From Antedon mediterranea (Eukaryota > Animalia > Echinodermata), in the NCBI RefSeq assembly GCF_964355755.1, contig NC_092673.1:29943648-30007647 (forward strand): DNA of 64,000 nt, written 5' to 3'. Both the position numbers and the translations under genes were made by a program. Positions 61,601 through 64,000 of this stretch are shown here, one piece after another; the first letter of the stretch is position 1; the number at the start of each line of letters is the position of its first letter. The notes below the pieces were generated by a model. It had not been told where the DNA came from. It searched no databases and saw only the letters and a program-made list of their open reading frames with translations.

Positions 61601-63763
61601 ACCACACCTACAAAATAAAAAAACAAATATACAAATGTATAATTGTATTTTACATAGATGAGATTTATGCAAAACTTGTAATGTTTTGAAACATTTTTAA
61701 AAGAAATAATATAGAAAACTAACCAGTCTGAAACAAATTTGATAATTCTGGCATAAGCTTCATTTTAACCACATCAGAATGTTTAGATGACATGTTTGAC
61801 AGTGACTGCGAACATTGAACTCTAAAATATACACAACAAAATGTGATAAAACTTCATTCATGCTTTCTCTAATCAATTTATGAATATTCATGTTCTCTAA
61901 TCAATTTATGAAAATTCATGATACCTCTAATCAATTTATCAATATCCATACCTCACTGGTGTTTCATTATCATTGAAGAAACCTTTAATAAGATGCTCAC
62001 CAACCAGATCAACATCTTTAACATCTAACAGTCCATTCAACATCACTAGAACACCAAATCCCCTAACCCCAATCTGTCGTAATTCTGAGTGCGAATCCTG
62101 TTGGATTTCGCATAATATAGTGATGATGTCATCCTTCATTGACACGGCCGGATGACTAACATCAGTTGTCAGACATGTATCCATGGTAACAGACAGAAGA
62201 CCAATGATAACATCTATAATTTTCAGTTTAGTTGTTGCCTGGAAAAGAGTTGCATGATTTTGTCACAATGCTTTATAGGTAGTAAAGCAGGTTGCTTCAC
62301 AACAATAATAATATCCTGGATTTATATAGCGCCTAATGTTGTGAAACCTCTAAGCTCTGAACATTACCACCCTGGTCCTTTTTGCATCTAACATGTATGT
62401 CTTGATCTAACCAGGTACCCATTTATACACCTGGGTGGAGAGAGGCAAACGTAAGTAAATTATCTTGCCCGAGGATACAAACAATGCGGCAAAGTTGGAT
62501 TCGAACCGCGATCTAACAATCAATAGTCCAACGTCCAACACAATACTTGTGCCCACTTTACCTGTGAACTAAGCCGGTATTGCTCCAACAGTTGAGGTAT
62601 AATAGTTTGTACAACCTTACAACATGCAGGGTCGGAAGCACCAGCTACTGCTCGTAAAAGAGCACAACATGGTTGAATTAGCCTCAGTTCAGGTTCTTGT
62701 ATGAACTGCTTGCACTCTGGGAATCAAATATGCAATATGTTATACAAGTTATGTGTCATAAACCACTCTACCTTTTATTTATTTATTATTTTTTGTTTAT
62801 TTATTTATTTTTTCAATTATTGTTTCTTTTTTTTGTAAATGGTGGTCTCTGCTTAAAGTCTATTGTTAGACCTATTTTGACCACCATCCACATTTATACT
62901 TAATTAATTAACTAACTATAAAGAAATATTTTATATATTATTATTTGTGGAAATCAATAAACAACAAACAAGAAAACAAACAAGTTAGTTATTCAATGGT
63001 CGAACAAATCTTCACTGTCAAATGGGAAACAAATATATGCAGTTATATACATATATATTTGTTAACAACTTGCTTCATTATCCAATGGGTTATTTTATCA
63101 TATTATACCTCTGATTATGGTATCTAGCGAACTGTCAAGCGAGGCAGTTGATGAGTTATCAAATATCCCTGATGAATAATTCTTGACAACATGATGGAGG
63201 GACTCGAGTGCAGCCATCTCTATATCTTTGTTTACTGCTTGAAATACCTGCATTGAAATATATCAAATTATCAATCGAACGATCAATCAATCGTTTCATT
63301 TTTATTTTATTTTAACGATCATTCTAAGTTTTTAGCAGTTACATACATTTTGTCAAAACCTACAAGATATGTGAAATTGCAGTTTGATTATTCAGACACC
63401 AAGTAACATATATAATACTGTACTAATAATCAATATCTATTAGCCAGACAAAATTGGTACGTACGTAAGTATCACAAAACATAGGCAAGGGAAGAGGGAA
63501 AGCGTTCAGCCTAGGCACACCCGACGATGACAGGCTGACACCAAAAATGGCTCTTTATGGAGACAATAGCAATGGACATAACACCCTGTAAAGGACTTGT
63601 TGTACTCTACCTCTCTCCTACATGCTGACCATATAGCCTCCATGTAACCAGAAAATGACAAAGCATCATATGATTTAGCACAAGCTGTAAGTGTCTGGAA
63701 AGAGTCTAGTTTAGCACTTGGTATATCCGATGAAACTTTCTCCATTAACATTGGTAGACAAAA
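55688..63763 (-). CDS. MMS19: MMS19 cytosolic iron-sulfur assembly component, last 15 exons; 5' part lies beyond the window
   Basis: Exons (minus strand): 63763-63611, 63247-63109, 62716-62562, 62238-61952, 61821-61724, 61607-61467, 61061-60821, 60116-60014, 59918-59720, 59314-59199, 58523-58286, 57915-57665, 57126-57067, 56167-56067, 55715-55688; phases are consistent. Matches to recalled MMS19: LMEKVSSDIPSAKLDSFQTL...RREVFQ, WITKALVLRGH, KIMYCQRFF, LLSELPPLIP, VRIAALEC, LDDKKRMVRKKVVNARNKWFLLG. Confidence 0.95.
56260..56655. repeat. Minisatellite, 22-bp unit, 18 copies, abutting a MITE
   Basis: Near-perfect tandem GCCCTGCACTACTATCCCTAAA. Confidence 0.97.
56655..57037. mobile_element. Harbinger-type MITE in MMS19 intron
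   Basis: TIR AGCCCGGAGCACACTAGAGCTA / TAGCTCTAGTGTGCGCCAGGCT with TAA/TTA flanks. Confidence 0.8.
58813..58982. mobile_element. Small MITE
   Basis: TIR GACTGTATTCACCAATCACACTTA / TAAGTGTGAATGGTGAATACAGCC. Confidence 0.7.
58987..59060 (-). mobile_element. Decayed tRNA-derived SINE head
   Basis: Minus strand has TAGCTTGGTGG (A box) and GGTTCAATCG (degenerate B box). Confidence 0.45.
62303..62540 (-). mobile_element. CORE-type tRNA SINE with L2-like tail
   Basis: Minus strand has B box GGTTCGAATCC, CORE-like GGGCAAG...TTGCCTCTCTCCACCCAGGTGTATAAATGGGTACC, and tail GCGCTATATAAATCCAGGATATTATTATT. An isolated copy of the tail lies at ~19140-19208 (+). Confidence 0.7.
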
Positions 63764-64000
63764 CTGTACAGAAGAAATTCAAATTTATTAACATTCACCT
63801 TAACATCAAGGTATGGTTAAAAACAACATTTACAAAAATAAACAAAGATATAAAAGAAAAACCAATAATAAAAAAGTGACATCAGTTAATACAAAATATA
63901 ATTTATATTAGCTATTTTCATGATAACTTAATAAAAATGTAATTCTTTATTGACCATTACCGTATGTTACAGTATTGTCATAGAAACCAAATAACAAACG

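Noticed and set aside
1-64000. Functional gene cluster or operon linking RABEPK, PPP1R3, prominin and MMS19
   Set aside because: The genes belong to unrelated pathways and lie in mixed orientations. Nothing in the sequence supports co-function beyond adjacency.

Overview
AT-rich, intron-containing animal genomic DNA, not prokaryotic. It is probably a marine invertebrate deuterostome such as an echinoderm; this is inferred from gene structure and Deu/CORE-type SINEs and is not proven. Four spliced genes were reconstructed by hand from GT-AG sites with consistent phases. They are the 3' end of RABEPK (+), a PP1 glycogen-targeting subunit PPP1R3B/C-like (-), a complete prominin-1-like gene (+, 24 coding exons, ~999 aa), and the 3' 15 exons of MMS19 (-). 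Non-coding DNA is dense in Harbinger, Kolobok, hAT and Mutator-like MITEs, SINE/L2/Penelope remnants and minisatellites. The most notable signals are: (1) an intact minimal hammerhead ribozyme in sense orientation in prominin intron 1; (2) a 2.2-kb foldback element carrying two divergent tRNA-like Pol III units between the head-to-head PPP1R3 and prominin promoters; (3) an all-phase-1 cassette-exon array able to give several prominin C-termini; (4) AG|GTAAG recursive-splice-like sites; (5) TAGGCCTA/CTAG palindrome-rich tracts marking first introns. All coordinates were read manually and may be off by a few bases.
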